A stretch of DNA of 64,000 bases. It comes from Octopus sinensis (taxonomy: Eukaryota). Both the position numbers and the translations under genes were made by a program. The DNA lies in assembly GCF_006345805.1 (NCBI RefSeq), contig NC_043002.1, positions 85,188,001 to 85,252,000 on the forward strand. Reading direction: 5' to 3'. Positions 35,559 to 48,299 of this stretch are shown one piece after another. Position 1 is the first letter of the stretch, and every line of letters begins with the position of its first letter. The notes beneath the pieces are model-generated. The model saw nothing but the letters and a program-made list of their open reading frames with translations. It was not told the origin of the DNA and searched no databases.

Positions 35559-36101
35559 GCCCTGACAAGTACCAGGCAGTGGCTCTCATGGCTTCTGATC
35601 TTAACTGATTGGAAGTGTTATCATGTACTTTGTTTTGTCTTGGTATAAAAGATGGGCTACAGCAAATATTCTGCTCAATACCACAGATTTGCTTGTCAGT
35701 TGTTTGACCATAACCGGTTGAGCATGTCCTTTAGTGGCTGACGATATGCGTATATCTGATCATGAGCAGAAGTAGTGGGGGAGTATCATAGCCATATGTT
35801 GAAAGGGGTTTGGATAATTTACTTCTGGGAACATGGGTGTTTCGTTCAACATCCTTAAACAACCCTTATTCAGGGATCATTTAAGTGGAATGGGCTACTC
35901 GACCTGAAGAAAATTCTAACTGGGCCCCACCTTCCAGGTCATGTTCTGTTTATCTTGATATGATATCACCATGTCGCGCACATTTGATTGTGATGCATGT
36001 GTCTGGTGTACCCTTTTCAGACGGGTATCCATGATGGGTATACTGGGCTTCGTATATTTTACCCGAGTGCCACTTTGATGGCATGCACTGCTCTCTCACT
36101 C
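35556..36101. mobile_element. Unclassified ~550-bp interspersed element bounded by (TAA)/(CAA) repeats
   Basis: Non-coding. Starts at the end of the TAA array and ends in caacaacaa/taata. Confidence 0.4.
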
Positions 36102-36529
36102 AACAACAACAACAACAACAATAATACTTTCCAGGAAAAAAAAACAGCCAAGCCCACGCAGGTTTTGTAAAAAGCCACTGTTGAAGAAGACTAAATGCGA
36201 CAAAAGTTTTATAATTTCTATAGCAACGTGTGTTTCTAAAGATTCTACGATACAATTGTGTAAAGAAAGATAATTAAATGTTCCATCAATGCCAAGTATA
36301 AGATGCAACCAGTTGAAAATATGTCAAGGGGCTCGAAGCCAACGTAGAGCAAACGAACACTTGTTAATTGACTCTGCGTTGGATACAGATTAACAAGAGA
36401 TACCAAAATGGAATGTAGTATAAGATGCAGAATACCTGTTCTGTGACTATGAAATAATACAAGAAGGTACAAGGTTGTGTAAAAAAATATGGGAAAATTT
36501 GATATAGACAGGAAATAGTAATAATGTTT

Positions 36530-36740
36530 TCAAATTTTGGCACAAGACCAGCAGTTTTTGAAGGAGTAAGTTAGTCGATTACATCGAAGCCAATACTTAA
36601 CTGGCACTTATTTTATCGGCCCCTAAAGGATAGAAAGCAAAGTCGACCTCGGCGGAATTTTACCTCAAGACGTAAAGACACGAAATGCCGCTAAGCATTT
36701 TCCCGGCGTGCTAACGATTCTTCCAGGTCACTGCTTTACA
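36530..36740 (-). mobile_element. Nin-domain tRNA SINE
   Basis: ttttatcggcccctaaaggatagaaagcaaagtcgacctcggcggaattt...cccggcgtgctaacg. Confidence 0.65.
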
Positions 36741-37081
36741 GGAAATAGCGATCATAATTGTTTCTAACATAGGCTCGAGGTTATAAAGTTGGGGGTGAGG
36801 TTTTAAGAGATTAAATAAACTGAAGAACTTGACTGGTATTTTATTTTATCGACACCGAAGATGAAAGACAAAATTAACCTCAGCAGGATTTGAACTCAGA
36901 ACGCAAAGAACTGGGACAAATACTGCAAGGCTGTGTATAGAACTTTAATAGTTCTGCCAATTTACAGCTCTATTTGTTTTTAGCATAGGCACAAGCCCTG
37001 AAATTTAGGGTGAGGGCCGTTGTTAGTCGATTAAATCGAACTCAGTTCTTGATAGATACTTCATATTATCGACACTGGAAG

Positions 37082-38449
37082 CAGGAGTTGTAAAAAATTA
37101 ATTGACGAAAAAATAATTGCAATATATTGGTCCAATTAATTGACTGGAATCGTACTGCCAATTAAATAATTGACTACTATCGTATCAATTAATTGCAACA
37201 TTGTCAGCAAAAGTTTTCCAAATGGCTCATACTTCCTTTGACGTTCAATTGACAAATGCAGCTTTCTATTATTATTTGAGACATTGTGTTGACGCTATGA
37301 TCTAGCTGCTGAGAATGATTCATACATTCTGTCATGCTTAGGAATTGACTATTGTGTATGTTGTCAAATAATCGCTGTCAAATGATTCTTGGTTCTGACT
37401 GCCGAGAGAATAATTCACACATTCTGTTAAGTCATTAAATCGCAACTTCACCTGCAACGCGGCTGTATCTTGAATTCCGCTCCAAAATATTAATTGAATC
37501 AGATTTTCATCAGTGGAGTAGCGAAATATCCTCAATTTAGACAATTTAGGAAAGTTACGCTCAGTAACAGTCGCCTTGCAAAGAACAGAAATAGATTTGA
37601 GAGATTCTCGAATTCTTTTTGATGAAATTCTCGCATTGTATCCTTACGAGGAGTTTTTAAAATATTTGCTTTCATCAGCAGCCATTGTGCACAGCCAAAA
37701 TTTTGAAAGTGAAGTTGTGAAATTTTACAACATGCAAAAACCGAGCTAACTGCGGATGAAATGGCTGCTCTACATCAGCTGAAATTGATGACAGACACGT
37801 TACAACAGTCTGATTTACCTGTAGAGGTTGATGATTTTGCTTCAATTTTGTTTGAAAATACACAAAAAAGATAAAATTCGATCCCAGAAATATCTGAACT
37901 GTAGATTTTTGTTACCAACGTGCAACACTTTGGAGCGTTTCTTCAGCTCAGCAGGTTACGCTTTTAATGATTTTCGGCAATACTTAACACCAATGCATTT
38001 AGAAATGAAATTATTTCTAAAAGTCAATTGCGTTTTCTGGGATGAAGAACTAGTTTCAGAAACCTGCAATTATTCATAACTTTTTGCTATACTAGAACAT
38101 TTTAATTGAGCTACTCGTTTGAGAAAATCTTTCAATTAAAGACTTTTAATTCATTTGTTTTTCAACTTCTGTACAACGTAGAGTATTCATGCTGTTTGTT
38201 CCGTTTTCTAAGTCAATAAAATTGAACTTTGAACGTTTTCTGATAATAAAGTTTTTTGAAACTATACGACGTGCAGTTCTGTATTTGAGAGATGATTAAT
38301 TATGTACATTATTTACATTTGACGGATATTTGTCCTTATCTTGTTTGTTGTTAACACATCGTTTCGGCTGATATACTCTCCAGCCTTCATCAGGTGTCTT
38401 GGGGAAAATTCGATCCTAGGTTTCATTCCTAAGGTATTTTTCGATGTTG

Positions 38450-38499
<50 letters not shown>

Positions 38500-38895
38500 C
38501 ATTGTTGTTGTTGTTGTTGTTATTATTATTATTCGGGTCACTGCCTAGAATAGAACTCGGAATCTTGGGGTTAGTAGTCCGCTCTCTGAACTAATACGCA
38601 ATATGCCCGTGGGCATATGGCGTAGTGTTCGAAATTTCCCCATGACACCTGATGAAGGCTGGAGGGTATATCAGCCGAAACGTTGTGTTACCAACAAACA
38701 AGATGAGGACAAATATCCGTCATGTAAATAATGTAAACATAAAACGTACCTTTTATATGTATGGCGTTTTTACGTTCGACAAAATATTGACAATTAATTG
38801 CAATAATTGATTGGCCTGTATTCCCAATTAAAATTAATTGATTGCTAGGAAAATAATTGATTGGAAAGGTTCCAATCAATTATTTACAGCCCCTG
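37082..38895 (+). mobile_element. Degenerate hAT-like DNA transposon inserted into a Nin-SINE
   Basis: TIR caggagttgtaaaaaattaattga / tcaattatttacagcccctg. TSD actggaag/tctggaag. Remnant LPTCNTLERFFSSAG of the hAT dimerisation type. Flanks rejoin as ttatcgacactggaag|gatgaaagg. Confidence 0.75.
38306..38728. repeat. Nested element with ~105-bp inverted ends, each containing a minimal hammerhead-like motif, around a tRNA-like head and (TAT)n
   Basis: 38306-38413 is the reverse complement of ~38622-38728. Plus-strand motif gacac CTGATGA a GGCTG..CAGCC GAAA cgtt gtgtt. Confidence 0.7.
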
Positions 38896-39265
38896 TCTGG
38901 AAGGATGAAAGGAAAAGTTGACGTCGGTGTGATTTGAACTTAGAATGCGAAATATACCACAAGATATTTTGTCCGATGCTCTAACAATTCTACTAAATAA
39001 TAACAGGTTAGCAAGTGAACTAGAGAGTCTCTAGTTGCTAGAAATAGTAAGCCAAGTCTTCATTAAGCAACCTGCCAACTATCTAAAAAAAAACAACATA
39101 AAAACAGAAAGAACACATTGGAAATTATAGCACGCAATATACAAAAAGACGAGAGGGTCATGTGTAGAATGTCTTTGATTATAGGATTGTTCAATAAAAG
39201 CTGACCCATGACTAAACAGCAACAACAAAACAACAACAACAACAACAACAATAAGAATACCAGTA

Positions 39266-39650
39266 TCTCTCTCTATATATAAACGGCAGTTTGTCTGTGT
39301 GTGTTTCTGTGTGTCTGTTTGGTTGTACCCTCACTCTGACCACGGCTTTCAACCGATTCTGATGAAACTTGACACACACATAGCCCAATGTCATAATTCA
39401 AAACTAACGCAGCGAAAATTTTGAAAAGTTCCCCCAGTTCTGAAAAAAATCGATAAATTCGACATGGGGTCGAGAATCAGAAACACAAACCACAGACTGT
39501 CTAGGGGACGCAACTCCACCTTTTTAACTCTCAAAAAAATTTACCATCATTTTTCCCCCATTTTTTTGCTATATTTTGGCTATAACTATCTAAAAATGCT
39601 TTATAGTTATTTCCCTTACAAACCCGAGCAACGCCGGGCGATACTGCTAG
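39266..39650 (+). mobile_element. Non-autonomous Helitron (different body, same 3' end as 31636)
   Basis: A|TC start. Identical aaacccgagcaacgccgggcgatactgCTAG|T end. Confidence 0.75.
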
Positions 39651-40317
39651 TAAATAATAAAAGATTCAGTCATTTGATGTTTTCACAATCAGTTTGATTT
39701 TGTTACATCAAGAGTTAACAACCATTCGATCAAGATTATGATCGTATGACCAAGATAGAGTTGTATTTAATTGTAATCGTTTCACCTAAGCCCACTGATT
39801 AGCAGTAGTTTTCTAAATAAGTATTTCAGTCATTCCACTGTCTTGGAATTGAATTAATTAATTAAAATAAACGTTTTATTTTCGTGATTGAATTGCTCAA
39901 CATTTTAAATGATGATATTCAACATTATTCTAATCAAGGAGCATCGTTCTTAAACTGAAACACTTTCAGTGATTGATTTTGATATCGATCTAACGCTTAA
40001 TTAGGGTCAAAACTGCAATGGAAGGAAATTAATCTTGGCCTGTGTCAGCAACTATTTGTTCACAGGAGGAGGGTTTATAGATGTGTTTGATAGGTTTAAC
40101 TTTAATTTAATGTTTTGGCCGCTTACTTTTGTATGAGAGAGAGTGAGTGAGAAGTGGGGTGGCCAGAGATTGGTGCTATCGCTGGTATTGTAGGAAAATT
40201 TACGTGCTAATATACGTACATACACACATATGCCCATACACAGACAGTAAGACACGGAAATATATAAATACATTCACACACGCACAAGAACCAAAGATGA
40301 AAGACATGTGCGCAAGG

Positions 40318-40378
<61 letters not shown>

Positions 40379-40549
40379 TACATACAAACATACATACATA
40401 CATACATACACAAACATTTATGCGATTTTCTTCCTCCGTCTTACTCTCTATTGGACTTTCCTCCGTTTCTGAAGAGGATCTGCTAAAACTTTACATGTAC
40501 CACATCCATGCGTTACTGTTTTTGTTGTTTGTTCTTCATTTTGGGGACT

Positions 40550-40588
<39 letters not shown>

Positions 40589-40661
40589 TATACATACACA
40601 TACATTTATATATATAAATGTGTATGTTTGTATTTTTATATATATACACACACGCATGCCC

Positions 40662-40726
<65 letters not shown>

Positions 40727-41007
40727 ACACACACACACAAATACACATATATATTCCGATTTGTGTTAGAAGTAGCTCAGTAATGTAACCATTATCAATG
40801 TCACACATTTAGTGCGCATGTATTGTTAAACGCTTGTAGCTACGGTATTTTGTCAAAGAAGGTCCCTCTAATAACGTATAGTGTTGAAAAAATACTTCAA
40901 AGCTAGGTGAAACGAAGCCGCCCCGGAGGTGAACGAGAATGATATATATCGATGTTTCACAGTATTTTCTGCTCAACAGCGCCTCGCTTCCGAAATTAAC
41001 TCGAATA

Positions 41008-41056
<49 letters not shown>

Positions 41057-41206
41057 ACCTATCATTCCTTTATCCCTTCTGTTCCTACTATCTAACTTTG
41101 ACGTCGATTCTTCTAACGGTTTTTTTAAAAAAGCACTCATTATCGCTTTGTTTACCATGTAGGCAATCATCGAAATGTTTGTTTGTCTTGTTGTCGAGAG
41201 AGGGTC

Positions 41207-41297
41207 CCTTGCTTCCTGATGAGAAGATTGCATAATGCACCCTTTATTCCTTTGGAATGCAAACATGCTGTCTTCGAAACATATGTCGAGAGTAAGG
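41207..41297 (+). ncRNA. Type I hammerhead ribozyme, 328-bp family
   Basis: CUGAUGA, GAAGA/UCUUC stem II (extended by UUGCAU/AUGCAA), GAAA, palindromic ACAUAUGU, GUC cleavage after 41287, bulged stem I. Confidence 0.8.
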
Positions 41298-41533
41298 AAT
41301 TTTGTTAACATCTTCGTTCGACTCCATTCTTTCATTCATATATATATATATTATATATATATATATATAATATATATATCCCTACCTATCATTCCTTTAT
41401 CCCTTCTGTTCCTACTATCTAACTTTGACGTCGATTCTTCTAACGGTTTTTTTAAAAAAGCACTCATTATCGCTTTGTTTACCATGTAGGCAATCATCGA
41501 AATGTTTGTTTGTCTTGTTGTCGAGAGAGGGTC

Positions 41534-41626
41534 CCTTGCTTTCCTGATGAGAAGATTGCATAATGCACCCTTTATTCCTTTGGAATGCAAACATGCTGTC
41601 TTCGAAACATATGTCGAGAGTAAAGG
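41534..41626 (+). ncRNA. Type I hammerhead ribozyme, 328-bp family
   Basis: As above. Stem I UUGCUUUC/GAGAGUAA gives 8 contiguous pairs including 2 G-U. Cleavage after 41615. Confidence 0.85.
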
Positions 41627-41973
41627 AATTTTGTTAACATCTTCGTTCGACTCCATTCTTTCATTCATATATATATATATATATAAACATACATACATAC
41701 ATACATACATGCATACATACATACATACATACATACATACATACATACATGTATGTATATAAATACGATCCAGGGGGTCAAGTGTAGGAGGTTTGTAAGC
41801 TTCAAGCAGTAGGCGGCCAGTATAGAGAACAAAAAGTGGGCAGTGTATGATAAGATAACAATTTATTGGCATTGAGATTTGCACACTTTTTCCTATATCG
41901 AAGTTGCAAAGAAATTTGATAAGCTGATAGTTTCTATAGAGCTCACTGTTAGCAACTAATACTGCTAAAGATG

Positions 41974-42256
41974 CGAATAAGATTCTAACTGAGGGAGTGG
42001 AACAGGTAAAATGTAAGCTACGTATGTTTCTTAACTAGCTGAAGCTCATTATACAAGTGTTATGGATTCACCATTGTGGCTGCCTTAGGACTCCTTTGCG
42101 GCAATGTAAACTTCTTTAAAGTAATCTCAGCCTGATGATTATATACACTGAGAAGGGTTTGTTGCACCACACTTGCATAAAGAATCGCAACCAGTTAAGA
42201 AACATATGTAGGTTACATTTTACCCGTTCCATTCACTCAATTTGGAATCTTATTCG
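41974..42256. mobile_element. Small foldback MITE
   Basis: cgaataagattc...taaaatgtaagctacgtatgtttcttaact is the imperfect inverse of agttaagaaacatatgtaggttacatttta...gaatcttattcg. Confidence 0.6.
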
Positions 42257-43027
42257 TGTATGTATGTATGTATATGTATATGAGTAAACAGTTTGAGATT
42301 TGACTACATTCACACACATATAGTATTTCTCACTACCTACACAAACACACACGTACATATATACTCACACACACATGTTTCTTAACTTTTTCAAGGAAAT
42401 GTTTGATAGAGACTCCAAAGTTTCCGCCTGGTTAATTCAGGCTAAATATATTTTTTTTTAGATTACCCTTTCTTTTTGGATATGTAATGCAGTGTGATAA
42501 TAATTAGGTGTGGTATAGGTGGTGTCGACAATTACTTGTGTAGGAAGGGAGGAATGGAAGATGATAGGAGTAGGAAGGTATGTATTTGTAGAGAAAGTAA
42601 GGTAGAGATATTTTAGAGTTACCTTACTTTGATGTAAATATTTTGTTATTGTTTAGGTTCAGTCAGGTATGAATATAAAAGTATAAACTGATGTTATATC
42701 TAGGTCGCAACGTTCTTAGTATATAACGTTGGTTTTTATTGATAATATAATTTATCGCTCAGTATAGATCAAATTGGCGTTGATGTTGTTAGTTTTCTAT
42801 TAAGAAATTTTAACCTGGGATATTTTGTGAAAAGTCTATATAAAGCCAAAAAAGGAACTCACAGTTCAAAGAAAATCAGTCTTCGAGTCCCTGTCAATCT
42901 CTCCATTGTAAAAGTTAATAAATGCTAAGGAAGTATTGATTTATCTCAGTTTAATGTTAAAATATATTTGTATATAACTTGATATAGAAGCAACATTAAT
43001 ATATACGTAAGCATATACGTATATGCA

Positions 43028-43093
<66 letters not shown>

Positions 43094-43291
43094 CTGCGAT
43101 CACCGTGACCGACCAGGCTATCAGATATTGCTACACATCGCTGGTCGCAATGCGCTTCGCATTGTTTTAGCCTTCAAATTACGCCACCCCTGTGGCAAAG
43201 AGTGAAAGAAAGTTGTGGCGAAAGAGTACTGCAGGGATCACCACCACTCCCTATCTATCTATCTCTCTCACTCTCTCTCTCTCTCTCTCTC

Positions 43292-43319
<28 letters not shown>

Positions 43320-43322
<3 letters not shown>

Positions 43323-44553
43323 CAGGTTGAGCAAAAGAATTTGTACCGGATTTTCGCAGAGTTTTGGATTTTTTAAAGCGTTTTTTTTTGCAATTGTCTG
43401 ATAATACAGATAAAGACTTGCCCAAATGCATCAATAAATTAACACTGATATTTTTTAACCATTGTTACAATCATCTGAAACAAAACTGTCAAAGCGCAAT
43501 ATTCGAGCAAATTCCCTATTCAACTTCAAAAACGGACGTACAGCAGCTGACACTGCCCGTGATATCAACGAAACGTTTGGTGACGAAATGACCAGTGACT
43601 GGTCAGCTCGAAAATAGTTTAAACGATTTCGCAGTGGAGACCTGAGCCTTGAAGTCGTGAGCTTAGTAGATGTCCATCTGTCATCGATGACGGTCAATTA
43701 AAGTCCGTCATTGAGAAAGATCCACGTGAAACAACTCGAGAACTGGCAAAAGAACTTCAAGTTAGCCAGAAAACAGGCTGCAACCATTTGAATGCGATCG
43801 GAAAATCAAAAAAGCTCGACAAACGGGTACCACACGATTTGAATGAAAATCAGAAAATGCGCAGATCTGAAATTTGATCATCGCTTCTCCGTAACCAGAC
43901 CGATCCATTTCCCTTTGCGATGAAAAGTGGTTTCTGTACAATAATAAAAATCGCTGGACCAAAATGAAGCACCGAAAACCTTCCCTAAACCCGAGCTCTT
44001 CAAAAAGAAGGCTATGGTGACTGTTTGGTGATGTACTGCTGGGCCCATCCACTATAACTTCTTAAAACCAGGAAAACCATTACTGAAGAAACATATTGCC
44101 ATGAAATTGCCAAAATGAACGAAAAATTACTAGTCCTCCATCTCAGATTGGTCAACAGAAGAGAGCCAGTCATTCTTCATGACAATGCTCGACCACACAT
44201 TTCACTAATGACGCTTCAGAAGATGAGGTAACTTGGCTAAGAAGTTCTTCCCCACTCAGCGTATTCCCCAGACCTTTCTCCTACCGACTACTACCTTTTC
44301 AAGCACTTTGATGGTTTCCTGCAGGAGAAGGAGTTAAAAAATGAAACCGATGCTGAAAGTGCGTTCAAAGAGTGCATCAGCCCCAGAACTCCAGAATTTT
44401 ATGTTATCGGAATAAACAAACTTGTAACTCGTTGGCAAAAATGTGTTGATTATAATGGTACTTACTTTGATGAATAAAATTTCCGCATTTTTGAAATATA
44501 TTGTGATGAAGTTCATGTTTCAAAACGTTGCTTACTTTTTACTCAACCTGATA
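43320..44553 (+). mobile_element. Near-full-length degenerate mariner (D,D34D) with TA TSD
   Basis: TIR tatcaggttgagcaaaag / tttttactcaacctgata. (W)VPHDL, DEKW, LHDNARPH and YSPDLSPTDY motifs with stops. Confidence 0.9.
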
Positions 44554-44559
44554 TATATA

Positions 44560-44594
<35 letters not shown>

Positions 44595-44677
44595 CATTCA
44601 AAATGTGACCTCGTGTGTACCGTTGGCGATTTTTTTCCCTCTGTCTTCTTCCCTCTCTGGATCTTTCCTTCTCCTAT

Positions 44678-44712
44678 GTTTCCGATGAAGAGCTCCGCTC
44701 GAAACGTTAATC
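44678..44712 (+). ncRNA. Minimal hammerhead-like motif (degenerate)
   Basis: CCGAUGA-A-GAGC/GCUC-GAAA-CGUU. Only 2 bp of stem I remain. Confidence 0.35.
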
Positions 44713-44826
44713 CCCCCCCCCCTTCTTTACTTCTTTCCTGAGCGTCCAATAATACTATATTTGTTCCACGTCCTCGCGTTGTTGTGTTTTTTTTGTGCTT
44801 TCTTGTTTGGATTAACTATATATATA

Positions 44827-44885
<59 letters not shown>

Positions 44886-44886
<1 letters not shown>

Positions 44887-45469
44887 GGATAGACCACTAA
44901 AAGTGGACAGCGTGTATACTAGAAATAGACGTCAAAATCACCATTTTCCACGGAGAATGTGTTCTCAAGAAAAAAATTCAGCAAAAAACCGAAACGTAAA
45001 AATAAGCAAGACAAATGAAAATATACGAAATAAAAAACGATTACCTATGTACTAATTAGTTTCACTTGTTAATAATTGACGTATATACATAGACATCTGC
45101 AAGATCATCAGCATAGTGAAGGCATTTGAAAGATACACATAAATATAATTTATGGAACTCTATGCAATGCTGGATTTCGGTCGATTGCCCTGTATCTATC
45201 TAGTTCTAGAAATTGTGTTTCATAAACGACAGACTATGCTAATGATCTTGCAGATGTTTATGTATTCATATACGTAAATTATTAACAAGTGAAACTAATC
45301 AGTACATAGGTAATCGTTTTTTATTTCGTATATTTTCATTTGTCTTGCTTATTTTTACGCTTTGGTTTTTTTGCTGAATTTTTTTCTTGAGAACACATTC
45401 TCCGTGGAAAATGGCGATTTTGACGTCTATTTCTAGTATACAGGCTGTCCACTTTTAGTGGTCAATCCT
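44886..45469. mobile_element. Foldback MITE with ~230-bp TIRs
   Basis: aggatagaccactaaaagtggac...cagcatagt versus actatgct...gtccacttttagtggtcaatcct. Spacer of ~114 bp. Confidence 0.85.
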
Positions 45470-45647
45470 CTAAATTTTGTATGTAAAAAATGTCTAATCT
45501 TCGGATACTTTTAAATATACTAGACCACTGGTTTTAATTGATTAATATCATTTCTACCCATATTTAATTATATATATATATATGATTGATTTGATTTTGA
45601 TTTTTCCAGTTTCAGCTAATGAGCTGTGGCCATGCTGGGGCACCGCC

Positions 45648-45704
<57 letters not shown>

Positions 45705-47619
45705 ATATATGTATATACGTGTGTTTGTATGTATGTATGTATGTATGTATGTATGTATGGTATGTATGTATGTATAGACTGATGAAGTCTACAACCAGGC
45801 TTTCAGCTTGAAGATGACTTATTCCTTCCACTACATCACTCTCGGTGGCCAAGTAATGTTTTTTCTCCAAACTAAAAGGTAAAATATATGTACATCTACA
45901 TTTGCATTAACGAACAACAAGAAAAAGTACTCAATACTGAATTAGAATGTAATTATTTTAGTACCGAGATTGCTTTGTGTCATTAGAACATTTCACTTAT
46001 CTCGCCCAACGCTGGGTTTTCTGGACCTCAATGTAATACAAAGTGGTATTAAGACCTAAGTAGACAATACATATGAGGTATGTGGGTGATATAATCATCA
46101 TAGGAGGACACTCTAGAAGTTGTCGAGAAATTAAAGAAGAAAAAATCACAAGCAAAAGAAAAAAAAACTCTAAAAATTTTTGTACTGAAATTCAACAGCT
46201 AGAACATTACGGATAAAACTCCCAGAAGCAATTCAATGACTCTGTTACTAGACATAAATACTCTAATGGAAAATAACATACATTACGTATGTGTACACCG
46301 AAGGCAGAAATAAATGCATGTACTTTCATGGAGTGAACGTCTACTCAGATATAAAACTTTAAAATGTCAGAGGTAAAACATCTACTTAGAATAGCATTCA
46401 GATTATCATCCACAAATGAAAGCAAATGAAGCAATAGATAAAGTAGATTTAAAAAATCTACAGAATAAAACAAACAATAATGAACAATGGATATTCTCAC
46501 AAACTAAAAGACCTAGCCATAGTACGTAACAGGCACAAATTCAACACAGTAAATACATCAGATACCACATCTATTTAAAATACATAAACCATCCATAAAG
46601 TCTGTTATATATATATCAAATACATACATAATAACTATAAAATTGACAAAAATATAAAAATTCTCAAAAAACAGAACACAAAATGCATTATTCCAAGCCA
46701 TAAGCTAACACTATTAATATATCAGAAACAAAATAGAATTAAAAGAAATTTTTCCTCAGTGATAAACCACCAGCTTGTAAACCTACAAATAAGTTACTAA
46801 TGATTAATGTATTTATAAATTCAGTTGCAAACATCGAAGTTGTAAGTTGTAAACGTCACGACTTCAACTGTTATTCTGGTAACACGCCCTCCCATCGGAT
46901 TACTATACACTTACAGCAGGAACACTTACATTACTTTATACCATATAGCACAAAACAATGCCTGATAAAAAAATTAGAGGACAATATGTGTATACACTAC
47001 AGAATTCACTCTAAGATATATATTTTATGATGGAAGCAACACTCACAACAGCACAACGTTGAAATAAACACACAAGATACAAGACTAGAATAAACACCTA
47101 ATCGCCACTATCTAAATCTTTTACCGATCACATAAATTCTGTCGAATATAAAGATGCAGTAACACACGCTAAATCCTCTTCATCCTAAAGGTGAGGCTAT
47201 GAAGGTCTAGAAACGTTCGTGATGCTTGCCAATAAAAAAAGGAAACGCTCACAAACACACGTTTTTTTATAAAGGCATATATATATGGTTTTGGCAAATT
47301 TACCACCCTAAAATAGATTTCTCTCAACAATGATATTACATCAAGAGTCTTGCAAAACAAAAACCACACACACACACACACACACACCACACACACACAC
47401 ACACACTCTGACTTCAAAGGCAAGGCGGTATTATTTAGTAGAATTGCTGTGGGAAGTGGAATATATAACGTTTTGGAAAGAGCTCTTCTTCAGGGAAAAG
47501 TTGACAGAAGTGAAATTCGGCGACTGCTCTTTAATTTCACTTCTGTTAACTTTTCCATGAAGAAGGGCTCTGTCCGAAACGTTGGAGTTTCCACTCTTCA
47601 AACAGTCAATTTTACTATA

Positions 47620-47807
47620 TGTATGTATGCATGTATGTATGTATGTATGTATGTATGTATGTATGTATTATGTATGTATGTATGTATGTATGTGTGTATG
47701 TGGTGTGTGTATGTATGTGTATATTTACATATACAAATGTATGTGTATACATACATATACATACACATTACATATACAACACACATACATGCATATATAT
47801 ACATACA

Positions 47808-47841
<34 letters not shown>

Positions 47842-47849
47842 CATACATA

Positions 47850-47918
<69 letters not shown>

Positions 47919-48113
47919 ATATCCTTATAGATAAACGAATACCCTTCAACAGTGTATATAACAATATAATCGAAACAAACGGCAGTAACCACACGGAACG
48001 TAACAACAAATCTTTTACTCTCGCTCAACAATCTCTCTCTCTCTATGTATGTATGTATGTATGTATGTATGTATGTATGTATTATATCTATCTATCTATC
48101 TATCTATCTATCC

Positions 48114-48166
<53 letters not shown>

Positions 48167-48295
48167 GCTATCTGTCTAGCTATCTATCTCTCTCTCTATA
48201 TATATATACATACATGCATGCATACATACATACATACATACATACATACATACATACATACCTACATACATACATAAATCCATACATACATGCAT
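47620..48295. repeat. Compound (TATG)n/(TACA)n/(TA)n/(TATC)n microsatellites
   Basis: Direct inspection. Confidence 0.95.
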
Positions 48296-48299
48296 ATGA

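Larger units (their letters stand above)
41050..41670 (+). repeat. Tandem dimer of a 328-bp hammerhead-containing unit separated by (TA)n
   Basis: Two near-identical units. Cores at 41216 and 41544. Confidence 0.9.

Noticed and set aside
45775-45840. Hammerhead at CTGATGA 45779
   Set aside because: AGTC/GACT could pair, but no GAAA, stem III or cleavage triplet follows.
45850-47060. Possible second Penelope RT remnant (FLDLNV-like patch)
   Set aside because: Too eroded to assemble more than one motif by eye.
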